From: Gemmatimonadales bacterium
GTDB taxonomy: Bacteria > Gemmatimonadota > Gemmatimonadetes > Gemmatimonadales > GWC2-71-9
Length of the DNA: 64,000 bases
Assembly: GCA_025927545.1 (NCBI GenBank)
Contig: JAICLE010000003.1
Coordinates: 20,923-84,922 of the forward strand
Direction of reading: 5' to 3'
This document shows, piece after piece, positions 26,048 through 35,531 of this stretch. A program made the translations under genes and the position numbers. Below the pieces are notes generated by a model, which was not told the DNA's origin, made no database searches, and saw nothing but the letters and a program-made list of their open reading frames with translations. Within the stretch, counting starts at the first letter, position 1, and every line of letters begins with the position of its first letter.

Positions 26048-28195
26048 CTACTGCACGTGCACCAGCTTTCCTGCCGACGGCACCCCGTTCCGATTCAGAA
26101 TGAAGAGCTGGTAGTGGCCGGGCGGTGCGAGATTCGGGCTGGCCGGCGCGGTCACGTCCACGCCGGTCGCTGTCGGCGTGAAGCTCAACGTGTTCGCGCG
26201 CTGGCCCGCGTCGAAGGCGTGGGTCACCGAGCCCAGCTTGATCCAGCGGACGCCGGTGATCTGCGCGGCGTTCGGCGTGGCGACGGAGAACGTCTGGCCG
26301 TACGACACGTCCGTGGGCGCGCTCGTGATCGTGGGCCGTGCACCCTTGAACAGGTAGGGCGGCGAAAAGATCTCGTGGTTGTTCTCGTCGGGCACCACCT
26401 GGATGCCGGCCATCGCGTTGCCGCTCGCGCCGTGGAGCACGGTGCCGTCCGGCAGGAGCAGCGAGACCGAGTGATAGACCCGCATCTTGCTGTTGGCCGC
26501 GAGCGTGGTCCACTGGTTGGTGGCCGGGTTCCAGAGCTCCGCGTTGCGGGCAGCGTCGCCCACGTTGATGTCCACGAAGCCGCCGCCGGTGGTGCCGCCG
26601 GTGATCAGCACCTGGCCGTCCGGCAGGACGGTGGAATTGAGGTGCCGCCGGGGGAACGCCATCGTGCCGGCGCTGGTCCATGCCGGTGACGCCGCGTTCA
26701 GATCGATCTTCTCGGCGATGGCCGTCGGCACGTTGGCCTTGGGATCCGGCGTGGGCCAGCCGGTATCACCGCCGCCACCGGTGTAGAGGATCTTGCCCGC
26801 CTCGTACATGACGGCTGTGCCGTAGTCCCGGTTCTTCAGATAGATGTGCATCGGGCCGCTGATCCACCGCCCGCGCCCCCCCGCCGACGATCCGTCCACG
26901 TCGAACCAGCGCGACTGGATCCGCTCGCCGGCCATGAAGACCAGCCCGTTCTTCGGGTCCACGAAGTTGCGCGGGTAGTACGGGATCTCCAGCCCGTTGC
27001 CGCCCGGGAGCTGGACCCACTGGTTGTTCTCCCAGATCTCCGGGATCTCCACCACCTGACCCGCCGAGTCCCGCCCGGCCATCGTGAGCATCCGGCCGTC
27101 CGGCAGCTCGGTGACGGTCGGGTACCAGCGCCCGAAAGCCATCTTCGGAAGTCCCGGCTGGAAGCTCTCGCTCGCCGGGTCGAAGATCTCGGTGACGTCG
27201 ATGCCCTTGTCGTCTGCCTTGTGGCCGCCGGACGTCATGAGCTTTCCGTCCGCCATGAACGCATGGCCGGCGCAGAAGAGCATGGTGTCCACCTCGATCA
27301 TCCGCGCGGTGGTGGGCGGCCCGGCGGCCGGGTCCCACAGCCGCGGCCGGCCACCCATGGTGCCGTTCACGCCCGAGTCGTACTTGCCCCATGCCAGGAT
27401 CTTGCCCGTGGGCAGCAGATGCATGTGCAGCGGCACCATGGGCCAGTCGATGACCGGGCCCCATTTCCCGGTGGTCGCCTCGGCGGGGAGCGGCTGCACT
27501 TCGACGGGCGCGGAGGTCACGCTGCTCGCGCCGGCCGTGAAGGCGAGGGTAAAAGATCCCGTGCCGCGGATGCCAAGATCGCCGAACCGCGCGACCCCGC
27601 CCGCATCCGTGGTGGCGGTGGTGCTCCCCTCGAGCGTGCCGCTCCCCGAGGCCAGCGCCGCCGTCACCTGGACGCCGCTCGCCGGGGCGTTGTTGGCGTC
27701 CGTCACCTGAAGCACGGGCTGGACGCTGGGATCGAACACCTCGCCGGTCAGCGCCGAGGTGGGGGGATTGGTGGCGATCGCGATGCCGGCACCGCCGGTT
27801 CCCTCGGTCGCCGTCGCCGTGAAGGTGATCGGCGAGCCCTGCAGCCCGCTTACGGAGGCGGTCGTCGTCTGCTCGCCCGGGGTGGGGCCGAGCACCCGCT
27901 GGACCGCGGCCCGACCATCGGAGCCGGACTGAACGGTGGTCGCAGAGACGCTTCCGGCCCCAGCCGCATCCCAATGCACGGTCACGCCCTGGACCGGATT
28001 GCCGTCGGCATCGGTGACCAGCACCACCAGGGGGCTGGGGAGCGCGGCGCCCACGGTGCCGCTCTGCCCGTCGCCCGCGACTATCTCGATGGCGGCCGCG
28101 GTGGTCGGCTGGGTGGTGTCGCCGCCGCAGTGAAGCGAAACGGCGGCGAGGATAGTGGCGAGAGCTGAATGGGTGAACTGCCGGGCTCGGGTCAT
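26048..28195 (-). CDS. Galactose oxidase/GlxA-like radical copper oxidase with N-terminal Ig-like (Big) domains
   Basis: N-terminal IEIVAGDGQSGTVGAALPSPLVVLVTDADGNPVQGVTVHW (Big-type). MLFCAGHAF (Cys of the Tyr-Cys cofactor), RVYHSVSLLLPDGTV (Tyr-His ligands). DUF1929-like C-terminus ...APPGHYQLFILNRNGVPSAGKLVHV. Confidence 0.85.
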   Translation of the reverse strand: MTRARQFTHSALATILAAVSLHCGGDTTQPTTAAAIEIVAGDGQSGTVGAALPSPLVVLVTDADGNPVQGVTVHWDAAGAGSVSATTVQSGSDGRAAVQRVLGPTPGEQTTTASVSGLQGSPITFTATATEGTGGAGIAIATNPPTSALTGEVFDPSVQPVLQVTDANNAPASGVQVTAALASGSGTLEGSTTATTDAGGVARFGDLGIRGTGSFTLAFTAGASSVTSAPVEVQPLPAEATTGKWGPVIDWPMVPLHMHLLPTGKILAWGKYDSGVNGTMGGRPRLWDPAAGPPTTARMIEVDTMLFCAGHAFMADGKLMTSGGHKADDKGIDVTEIFDPASESFQPGLPKMAFGRWYPTVTELPDGRMLTMAGRDSAGQVVEIPEIWENNQWVQLPGGNGLEIPYYPRNFVDPKNGLVFMAGERIQSRWFDVDGSSAGGRGRWISGPMHIYLKNRDYGTAVMYEAGKILYTGGGGDTGWPTPDPKANVPTAIAEKIDLNAASPAWTSAGTMAFPRRHLNSTVLPDGQVLITGGTTGGGFVDINVGDAARNAELWNPATNQWTTLAANSKMRVYHSVSLLLPDGTVLHGASGNAMAGIQVVPDENNHEIFSPPYLFKGARPTITSAPTDVSYGQTFSVATPNAAQITGVRWIKLGSVTHAFDAGQRANTLSFTPTATGVDVTAPASPNLAPPGHYQLFILNRNGVPSAGKLVHVQ

Positions 28196-28425
28196 GGTCT
28201 CACGGGTTCGCGGGCTCGTGGCGGAGCGTCACATGCACCTTCCGGGCCCGCGGCGCCGCGGGACGAGCCGACATATAGCGTTGAGTCTGCATCACTTATA
28301 GCGCACGCACCGGGTGCCGTTGCGCGGGCGCTGCGGGAAGCGAGCCACCCCGCGATTCACCCCTGCATCGGCACCCGGGAGGATCCTAACACCGTGACGA
28401 CGCCTCTGCTGTCCGCACGGCCTGG

Positions 28426-30456
28426 TCAGGGGGCGGCGGCCAGCTCCTTCACCGCGCCTGCCAGCGTCCGCACCTTGGCCGCGTCGGCCGAGCCCTGTGC
28501 GTCGCCGTCCAGCCGCGCGGCGAGCTTCGTCAGCGCCTCCTGGCGTTCCGTCCCCGATGCCTGCTCCGCGTTGGTCAGCCGCTCCCGGACATCGGAGATT
28601 TTGCCTGACTCGAGCCCCTTCGAGCGCTCGAGCTGGTCCACATATGCCCGGGCCAGCGCGAAGCTCGCCGGCCAGACGAATTTCGGCTGGCCCTGGGTGT
28701 TCAGGTAGTCGAGGTGCACCGACCGGGCGGCGTCGATCTCGTTCTGAGAGACGAGCGCGCTCGGCGTCAGCTCGAAGATGTCGAGACCCCGCGCGATCTC
28801 GGAGCTGACCATGACGCCGTTGTACCAATAGACCGACCATGATCCGCCGCTCTCCATCCGGGTCGAGTCGACCGGGCCGCGATCGAAGAAGGCGATCTCC
28901 TTCGGGTGCGCCGCATCGGTCCAGTCGAAGACCGAGATGCCGCCCTGATACCACGCCTGGACCATCACGTCCCGTCCGGGGATCGGGATCAGCGACCCGT
29001 TGTGGGCCACGCAGTTCTCCTGCGGGGTCTGGGGCGCCGGCAGCTTGTAATAGCTCTGGAACTGCATCTTCCGGTCGGTGAGCGTGAAGATGGCGTCCGC
29101 GCCCCACTCGCGCTTGTCCGTGGCGCGGCACTTCGGCTGGCCTCCGCCGCCCCACTCGTCCGAGAAGAGGATCTTGGTGCCATCATTGTTGAACGTCGCC
29201 GAGTGCCAGTAGGAGAAGTTGGAGTCGGAGACGGCGCCGATGCGGGTCGGATGCGCCGGGTCGCTGATGTCGAGCAGCAGGCCGTAGCCCTCGCACGCGC
29301 CGCCGGCCAGGCCGATCGCGGGGTAGACGGTAATATCGTGGCACTGGGTGGGCCCGGGCGCGGGGCCGCCGTCGGTGCCCGACGGCTCCCCCATCATGGC
29401 GGCGATGATGCCGGGCAAGCCCTGGCGCAGGGCAGCGCTGTCCGCCGCGGTCGGCGCGCCCGTGCCGTGGCGCGCCGCGACGATGCTGTCGAGCAGCATC
29501 GAGGTAAACTGGGGGTGCAGGACGTGCTCCTCGCCGTGAACCGTCGCGGTGAACCCACCCGCGGCGCGAGCGGAGTCCGCAGCCCGCTTGGCCGCCGCGA
29601 TGTCCGCCGGCATCTCCCCGTGCTCGGGCGGGGCCACCAATCCCTGGAAAATCCGGGGAGAGCTCACGATCGCCGCCTGCTCGGGATGGGCCAGCGGCAC
29701 CTTGATGACCTCGATCCGGAAGAGCGCCGAGTTCGGGTCCTCCGATGGGGCCGCGGCCACGCAGCCGGGCAGCTCGCTGGGCGAGCGCACCCGGGACGAG
29801 CCGGAGATGTAGACGTAGACGTTCTCCGTGTCCTTCGGATCCACCAGCACGGTGTGGGTGTGCGAGCCGCGGCAGGTCTGCACGTTGCCGACGTTCTTCG
29901 GGTGGCGGATGTCGCTGATGTCGAAGATCCGGAGGCCGCGCAACCGAGCCGAGCTGACCGTGTCCTCGACGCCCTGGGTGCCGCAGTCGAGCCGCCCCGA
30001 AAGCCCCTCGCCGGAGACGAACAGGAGATTCCGGTAGACCGAGACGTCGCTCTGCGAGGCCGGACAGACGTAGGCGGTGGCCAGCGCGGGCGCTTTCGGG
30101 TCCGAGATGTCCCACACCTGGAAGCCGTTGTAGCTGCCCTGAATGGCGTACTTGCCCGTAAAGCTCAGGTCGGAGTTGGTGATGCCGGCGAACTGCTCCG
30201 ACGGCGGCGTCTGCGAGAGGACGCGCAGGTTCCACGCGGCTTCACCGGCATCCGTCAGGCCGGCGCGAAGCCCGACGCGCGGGTCCGGACTCGGGGCGGT
30301 GGCCGACATGTCCGCCGCCGGCGCGGGGGCGTCCGCTGGCGACGAGGACGTCGAATGGGCGCATGCCGCCGAAGCCAGCAGTGCGAGGGCGAGCGGGAAA
30401 TGCCGGAGTGGAACGGGTGCCATGACGGGTTCCTTGGAGAGCAGGGGAAGGGTCAT
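28426..30456 (-). CDS. Secreted LVIVD-repeat beta-propeller protein
   Basis: Signal peptide LALALLASAACA. Repeats of the type LRIFDISDIRHPKNVG, LLLDISDPAHPTRIG, LDIFELTP. Confidence 0.65.
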   Translation of the reverse strand: MTLPLLSKEPVMAPVPLRHFPLALALLASAACAHSTSSSPADAPAPAADMSATAPSPDPRVGLRAGLTDAGEAAWNLRVLSQTPPSEQFAGITNSDLSFTGKYAIQGSYNGFQVWDISDPKAPALATAYVCPASQSDVSVYRNLLFVSGEGLSGRLDCGTQGVEDTVSSARLRGLRIFDISDIRHPKNVGNVQTCRGSHTHTVLVDPKDTENVYVYISGSSRVRSPSELPGCVAAAPSEDPNSALFRIEVIKVPLAHPEQAAIVSSPRIFQGLVAPPEHGEMPADIAAAKRAADSARAAGGFTATVHGEEHVLHPQFTSMLLDSIVAARHGTGAPTAADSAALRQGLPGIIAAMMGEPSGTDGGPAPGPTQCHDITVYPAIGLAGGACEGYGLLLDISDPAHPTRIGAVSDSNFSYWHSATFNNDGTKILFSDEWGGGGQPKCRATDKREWGADAIFTLTDRKMQFQSYYKLPAPQTPQENCVAHNGSLIPIPGRDVMVQAWYQGGISVFDWTDAAHPKEIAFFDRGPVDSTRMESGGSWSVYWYNGVMVSSEIARGLDIFELTPSALVSQNEIDAARSVHLDYLNTQGQPKFVWPASFALARAYVDQLERSKGLESGKISDVRERLTNAEQASGTERQEALTKLAARLDGDAQGSADAAKVRTLAGAVKELAAAP

Positions 30457-31082
30457 TCGAAGGTCAGGCTGGCGAGCATATGCTCCATACGGGCGATCTC
30501 GGTGGTTTGATCCACGTTGACGTCATTGGCAAACTTGAAGACTATCTCGTCCTGGGCGGCGCCCCTCGACCCGAACAGGTCCCGCACCATGGAGACGGCA
30601 CCCCGGTGGTGCTGGATCATGAACCGCAGAAAGAGGATGTCGAACTCCTCGCCCTGCGCGCGGTCGAGCTCCCCGAGCTGGGCTGCCGTGAGCATCCCGG
30701 GCATCAGCATCGTGTGCTCGGTGCCCTGTGGCACCGGCTGCAGCCGATCACGCAGCCAGCGCTGCATCGTCCCGATCTCGTCCTCTTGGGCGTTCACGAT
30801 CCGCGAGGCCAGGGTGCGGACGGACGGGCTGGCCCCGTGGCTCGGCGCCCAGCCCGCCATCAGGATGGCCTGCGCGTGGTGCCCGATCATCGCGGTCATG
30901 AAGTGAATGTCCGCCGCGGTATAGGGACGACGGACGCTGTCCGCCCGGGCCCGGGCCACGGCCGACGGTTCGGGCCGGGCGATGGTGGCCGGGTGCGGGG
31001 AGGTTTGCATGGCCGCGTTGGACGCGCCGCCGCACGCGCCCAAGCTCAACGCGGCCGCCAGGGCCGCCGTGATCGACCGCAT
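30453..31082 (-). CDS. DUF305-family (ferritin-like, metal-associated) secreted protein
   Basis: Start MRSITAALAAALSLGACGG (lipobox). Duplicated DIHFMTAMIGHHAQAILMA and FDILFLRFMIQHHRGAVSMV motifs. The stop overlaps the LVIVD gene start by 4 nt. Confidence 0.78.
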   Translation of the reverse strand: MRSITAALAAALSLGACGGASNAAMQTSPHPATIARPEPSAVARARADSVRRPYTAADIHFMTAMIGHHAQAILMAGWAPSHGASPSVRTLASRIVNAQEDEIGTMQRWLRDRLQPVPQGTEHTMLMPGMLTAAQLGELDRAQGEEFDILFLRFMIQHHRGAVSMVRDLFGSRGAAQDEIVFKFANDVNVDQTTEIARMEHMLASLTFE

Positions 31083-31145
31083 GTGGTGTTCGCCTCTGCG
31101 ACGTGGTCTGAAGGTGCCTGGCCGAGTCATGAACGATGCTCGAAC

Positions 31146-31163
31146 GGGTGAATATTATCACCC
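31146..31163. promoter_or_regulatory. 18-bp palindromic operator candidate in a divergent promoter region
   Basis: GGGTGA-ATATTA-TCACCC: perfect 6-bp inverted arms around an AT hexamer. Lies between the DUF305 start (31082, minus) and the 31262 gene (plus). Confidence 0.4.
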
Positions 31164-31261
31164 CCGTGCGGCGCTGGCGCTCCCGCCGGTCCCCGCCCAG
31201 ATTTCGGCTCCGATTTCCCAATCACGCTCGATCGACCGCTCCACGTCATCAAGGAGAGAGC

Positions 31262-32290
31262 ATGCGGAGTCCGTGCAGGCGAATCGCCATCACGGCGCGA
31301 GTGGGCGCGGTGGCGATCCTCGCGCTGGGTGTCACCACGCCGGCCTGGGCGCAGTTCGGCGGGCTGAAGAAGCGGCTGAAGAGCGCGGCGGGCCAGGAGG
31401 GGGCGTCGAAGGCTGCCGACGCCGCCACGGGCGACGCAGCCGCCAGGCCGACGGAGACGGGGAACGCCGCGACGCCAGGCGGCGCCGGCGGCATGATCGT
31501 CCTGACCCAGGACGTGGTCGATCAACTGCTCGCCGGCCTCAAGGCGGGTCAGGCCGAGCGCGCCGCCGCTGCCAGGGAAGACACGCCCTACGGCCGCTAC
31601 ACGCAGGGTTCGGCGGCGTACAAGGAGGCGGAGGCCAAATGCCAGGCCGCGCAGCAGACCTTTGCCCAGCGGATGGCGGGGAACCAGAAGGTGATGGACA
31701 AGTACAGCGCGCTGGTGGACAAGATGGTGGCCGCGCAGTCCAAGCCCGATCCCAAGCTGGTGGAGATCTACCAGGACTCGGCGATGGCCATGCAGGATCC
31801 GAGCTGCATCGTGAAGCGGCCCGAGCAGCCCAAGGACTACTACGAAGCCCAGCGCGACATCGACGCCCGGGCGGAGCAGCAGGAGATCAAGGGCTCGGGG
31901 CTCAGCCGGGACGAGCTGGCGGCGGTCAAGGAACGGGCTGACGCGATCCTCCGGGGCGCGACGCCTCCGGGGGGTGCCTCACCGGCGGAGAAGTCGGCGG
32001 TAGCCGCCAGGGCAGCCGAGCTCAAGCCGCTGCTCGGCATTCAGGACGAGCCCTCGGCTCGCGCTCAGAAGCCCGCGCCGGCACCCGCGGCGCCGGCCGC
32101 CGCGCCGAGCCCGACCCCCCAGTCGGGCGTCAGCGCCTGCATGACCCGAAACCTCCAGTCCCATCAGGCGGAGCTCGAAGCGCTGGGGAAGCGTGCCGAG
32201 GCGGCGCAGGCGGCCGGCGATACGGAACGGCTGATGGCCATCGCCGACACGCTGCAGCAGCTCCAGATGGCCGGTTGCGGCGGGCGGTAG
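31262..32290 (+). CDS. Secreted alpha-helical hypothetical protein
   Basis: ATG 31262 is preceded by AAGGAGAG. Signal peptide ITARVGAVAILALGVTTPAWAQ. Ala/Gln/Glu-rich with four Cys. No family recognised. Confidence 0.65.
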   Translation: MRSPCRRIAITARVGAVAILALGVTTPAWAQFGGLKKRLKSAAGQEGASKAADAATGDAAARPTETGNAATPGGAGGMIVLTQDVVDQLLAGLKAGQAERAAAAREDTPYGRYTQGSAAYKEAEAKCQAAQQTFAQRMAGNQKVMDKYSALVDKMVAAQSKPDPKLVEIYQDSAMAMQDPSCIVKRPEQPKDYYEAQRDIDARAEQQEIKGSGLSRDELAAVKERADAILRGATPPGGASPAEKSAVAARAAELKPLLGIQDEPSARAQKPAPAPAAPAAAPSPTPQSGVSACMTRNLQSHQAELEALGKRAEAAQAAGDTERLMAIADTLQQLQMAGCGGR

Positions 32291-32295
32291 CGGGG

Positions 32296-33240
32296 GTGAG
32301 TCCCATCCTCCGAGCGATCGCCACGAGTAGCGCGGCCGCGGCGCTCGCCGGCAGCGCCATCGGTGCGGTGGCGTCCGGCGCGGCCTCCGGCCGCCCGGCG
32401 GACGCGCTGGCGGTTCGGGACGGCCCCGGGTGGCTCACCTGGTGGCGAGCCGACCATGCGCCGGCCCGGTGGTCGGACGCGGCGCCGCTCGCGGGCCGCG
32501 TCGCCTGGCACCCGGGAGCCGGCGGCATGGAGTGGGGCGAGCTGCAACTCCGCGGGGCAAGCGAGGCCTGGCGCACGCGGGTGGTCGTCGTCCGGCTGAA
32601 CCCGCGCCGACTCGAGTTGTCGCTGGTGCCGGCGTTCACCCGGGGCGGCCGCTGGACGGTAGCCGAGGCCAGCCGCGACGCGGCACTGGCGCTCGACGCG
32701 GGGCAGTTCCGCGGGTCGCTCCCCTGGGGCTGGGTCGTGACCGGCGGCCACGAGATGCTCGCGCCGCAATACGCGCCCCTGGCCGGGGCGGTGGTGCTCG
32801 ACGATTCGGGGGCCCTGCGCGTAGTGGCACCGGATCGCGTGGCGGCCGAGCGGGCAAGCGGAACCGCGCGCGAGGCGTTCCAGAGCTACCCGATGCTTCT
32901 GCGGGACGGCGTGGTTCCGGAAGCGCTCCTGCAACCTGGCAGGGGTGTCGATCTCGTGCACCGGGACGCGCGGCTCGCCCTCGGGACGCTCGCTGATGGG
33001 CGCGTCGTCATCGCCCTCACGCGGTTCGACCTGCTCGGCCCCTCGCTCGGCCGGGTGCCGTTCGGGCTGACGTCGCCCGAGATGGCGGCAGTGATGGGCG
33101 CGCTCGGCTGCCGCCAGGCGCTCCTGCTCGACGGCGGGATCTCGGGGCAGCTCCTGGTGCGTGAGGCCGGGGGCCAGCCGCGGACATGGCCGGGAGCGCG
33201 GGGCGTGCCGCTGGGCCTAATAGGTCGGGCGAGACAGTGA
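32296..33240 (+). CDS. Phosphodiester glycosidase-family (DUF2233/NAGPA-like) protein
   Basis: C-terminal GCRQALLLDGGISGQLLV and overall similarity to DUF2233 proteins. GTG 32296 lies 6 nt after the upstream stop (start uncertain; the track gives 32275). Confidence 0.6.
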   Translation: MSPILRAIATSSAAAALAGSAIGAVASGAASGRPADALAVRDGPGWLTWWRADHAPARWSDAAPLAGRVAWHPGAGGMEWGELQLRGASEAWRTRVVVVRLNPRRLELSLVPAFTRGGRWTVAEASRDAALALDAGQFRGSLPWGWVVTGGHEMLAPQYAPLAGAVVLDDSGALRVVAPDRVAAERASGTAREAFQSYPMLLRDGVVPEALLQPGRGVDLVHRDARLALGTLADGRVVIALTRFDLLGPSLGRVPFGLTSPEMAAVMGALGCRQALLLDGGISGQLLVREAGGQPRTWPGARGVPLGLIGRARQ

Positions 33241-35525
33241 TGCCCGGCCTGCGCTCGCTCGTCGGGGGCATCGTCCTCGGCGTGACGCTTCCGAGCGCGC
33301 TCCCCGCCCAAGGGCCGGACTCCTCGCTCGTCACGCTCGATCGCGTATTCAACTCCGACGAGTTCGCGCCGGAGCGCATCGGGGCCGTGCGCTGGCTTGA
33401 CGGCCAGGCGGCGTATACCCGGCTCGAGTCGGACAGCGCCGCGCCGGCGGCCCGCGCGCTGGTCCGGTACGACGCCGCGACCGGCCGGCGCGAGGTCTGG
33501 GTCCCTGCCGCGCGCCTGGTCCCACCGGGCGACTCGATCCCGCTCGGGATCGAGGACTACACGGTTGCTCCCGACACGCGGCGCCTCCTGCTGTTCACCA
33601 ACTCGCGCAAGGTCTGGCGGCAGAACACCCGCGGCGATTTCTGGGCGCTCGATCTCTCGACCTGGCGGTTGCGTAAGCTCGGCGGTCCGGGCGCCGCGCC
33701 GTCCACCCTCATGTTCGCCAAGTTCTCGCCCGATGGCCGGCGAGTGGCCTACGTGCGGGAGCACAACCTCTACGTCGAGGATCTCGCGGACGGCCGCATC
33801 ACCCAGCTCACCCACGACGGTTCCCGCACCATCATCAACGGCACCTTCGACTGGGTCTACGAGGAGGAGCTCAACCTGCGTGACGGGTTCCGCTGGAGCC
33901 CCGACGGCCGGCGGATCGCCTTCTGGCAGCTCGACGCCTCCGGGGTCCGCGACTTCGACCTGATCAACGACACCGACTCGCTCTACTCGTTCGTCATCCC
34001 GGTGCAGTATCCCAAGGCCGGCACCACCAACTCCGCCGGCCGGGTCGGCGTGGTCAGCGCCGACGGCGGTCGCCCGGTGTGGCTCGACGTCCCCGGCGAT
34101 CCGCGCAACAACTACATCGCCCGACTGGAGTGGGCGGCCAGCCCGGACGAGGTCGTCCTCGAGCACCTGAACCGCGCGCAGAACACCCTTCAGGTGATGT
34201 TGGGCGACGCGAGCACCGGCCGCGTCCGGACCGTGCTCACCGAGCGCGACAGCGCCTGGGTGGACGTGGTGGACGATCTCCGCTGGATCGAGGGCGGCAG
34301 GAGCTTCACCTGGATCAGCGAGCGCGACGGCTGGCGGCACCTGTACGTGGTGTCGCGCGACGGATCGAGGACGCGGCTGGTGACGCGTGGCGCCTTCGAT
34401 CTGCACAACCCCGCGAGCGCCTTCGGGCAGCCGTTCGTCGCGGGCGTGGACTCGGCGGCCGGCTGGGTCTACTACACGGCGTCGCCCGAAAACGCCACAC
34501 AGCTCTACCTGTATCGCAGCCGCATCGACGGGAAAGGCAAACCGCAGCGTGTCACGCCGGCGAACCAACCCGGCTACCACCTGTACCAGCTCTCGACCGA
34601 TGGGCGGTGGGCGCTTCACCAATACTCCTCGCTCGGGAAGCCGCCCGTGGTCGAGGTCGTCAGCCTGCCGAAGCACCGGGTGGTACGCACGCTGGTGCGC
34701 AACCAGCGGCTTCGCGACGCGGTCGCCCGGCTCCGGCGCGGGCCCGCCGAGTTCGTGAAGGTGGACGCGGGAAACGGGCTTCGGCTCGACGGCTGGGTGA
34801 TGAAGCCGCCCGGCTTCGACTCCACGAGGCGATACCCGGTGTTCTACGTGGTCTACGGCGAGCCCGCCGCCCAGACCGCCCTCGACGCATGGGGCGGCAA
34901 CGACTATCTCTGGCACCTCATGCTCACCCAGCAGGGCTACGTGGTGGCGACGGTGGACAACCGGGGCACACCCGCGCCGCGCGGACGGGCCTTCCGGAAA
35001 GCCATCTACAAGAAAATCGGCGTGGTCAACTCGGCCGATCCGGCCGCCGCCGCGCGCACCATGCGCCGATGGTCCTGGGTGGATTCCACCCGGATCGGCG
35101 TGTGGGGCTGGAGCGGGGGCGGCTCGACGACGCTAAATCTGCTGTTCCGCTACCCCGGGCTCTACCAGACGGGCATGTCGGTAGCGCCGGTGCCGGACGA
35201 GCGGCTGTACGACACGATCTACCAGGAGCGCTACATGGGGCTGCCGCAGGAGAACGAGGCGGCCTACCGGGAAGGCTCGGCGCTCACCTTCGCCGATAGT
35301 CTGCGGGGCAATCTGCTCGTGGTCCACGGGTCGGGCGACGACAACGTGCACTACCAGGGGACCGAGCGGCTGGTCAACCGGCTGGTGGCCGCGGATCGGC
35401 CGTTCACGCTGATGGTGTATCCCAACCGCTCGCATTGCATCTGCGAGGGCGAGGGGACGAGCCTCCACCTGTACTCGCTGCTCACCCGTTACCTCGAGCA
35501 TAACCTGCCCCCAGGGGCGCGGTGA
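33240..35525 (+). CDS. Dipeptidyl peptidase IV (S9B serine peptidase), secreted
   Basis: MPGLRSLVGGIVLGVTLPSALPAQG signal. DPPIV N-terminal propeller region (NGTFDWVYEEEL). GVWGWSGGGSTT nucleophile elbow. The start overlaps the upstream stop by 1 nt. Confidence 0.9.
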   Translation: MPGLRSLVGGIVLGVTLPSALPAQGPDSSLVTLDRVFNSDEFAPERIGAVRWLDGQAAYTRLESDSAAPAARALVRYDAATGRREVWVPAARLVPPGDSIPLGIEDYTVAPDTRRLLLFTNSRKVWRQNTRGDFWALDLSTWRLRKLGGPGAAPSTLMFAKFSPDGRRVAYVREHNLYVEDLADGRITQLTHDGSRTIINGTFDWVYEEELNLRDGFRWSPDGRRIAFWQLDASGVRDFDLINDTDSLYSFVIPVQYPKAGTTNSAGRVGVVSADGGRPVWLDVPGDPRNNYIARLEWAASPDEVVLEHLNRAQNTLQVMLGDASTGRVRTVLTERDSAWVDVVDDLRWIEGGRSFTWISERDGWRHLYVVSRDGSRTRLVTRGAFDLHNPASAFGQPFVAGVDSAAGWVYYTASPENATQLYLYRSRIDGKGKPQRVTPANQPGYHLYQLSTDGRWALHQYSSLGKPPVVEVVSLPKHRVVRTLVRNQRLRDAVARLRRGPAEFVKVDAGNGLRLDGWVMKPPGFDSTRRYPVFYVVYGEPAAQTALDAWGGNDYLWHLMLTQQGYVVATVDNRGTPAPRGRAFRKAIYKKIGVVNSADPAAAARTMRRWSWVDSTRIGVWGWSGGGSTTLNLLFRYPGLYQTGMSVAPVPDERLYDTIYQERYMGLPQENEAAYREGSALTFADSLRGNLLVVHGSGDDNVHYQGTERLVNRLVAADRPFTLMVYPNRSHCICEGEGTSLHLYSLLTRYLEHNLPPGAR

Positions 35526-35531
35526 GCAGGA

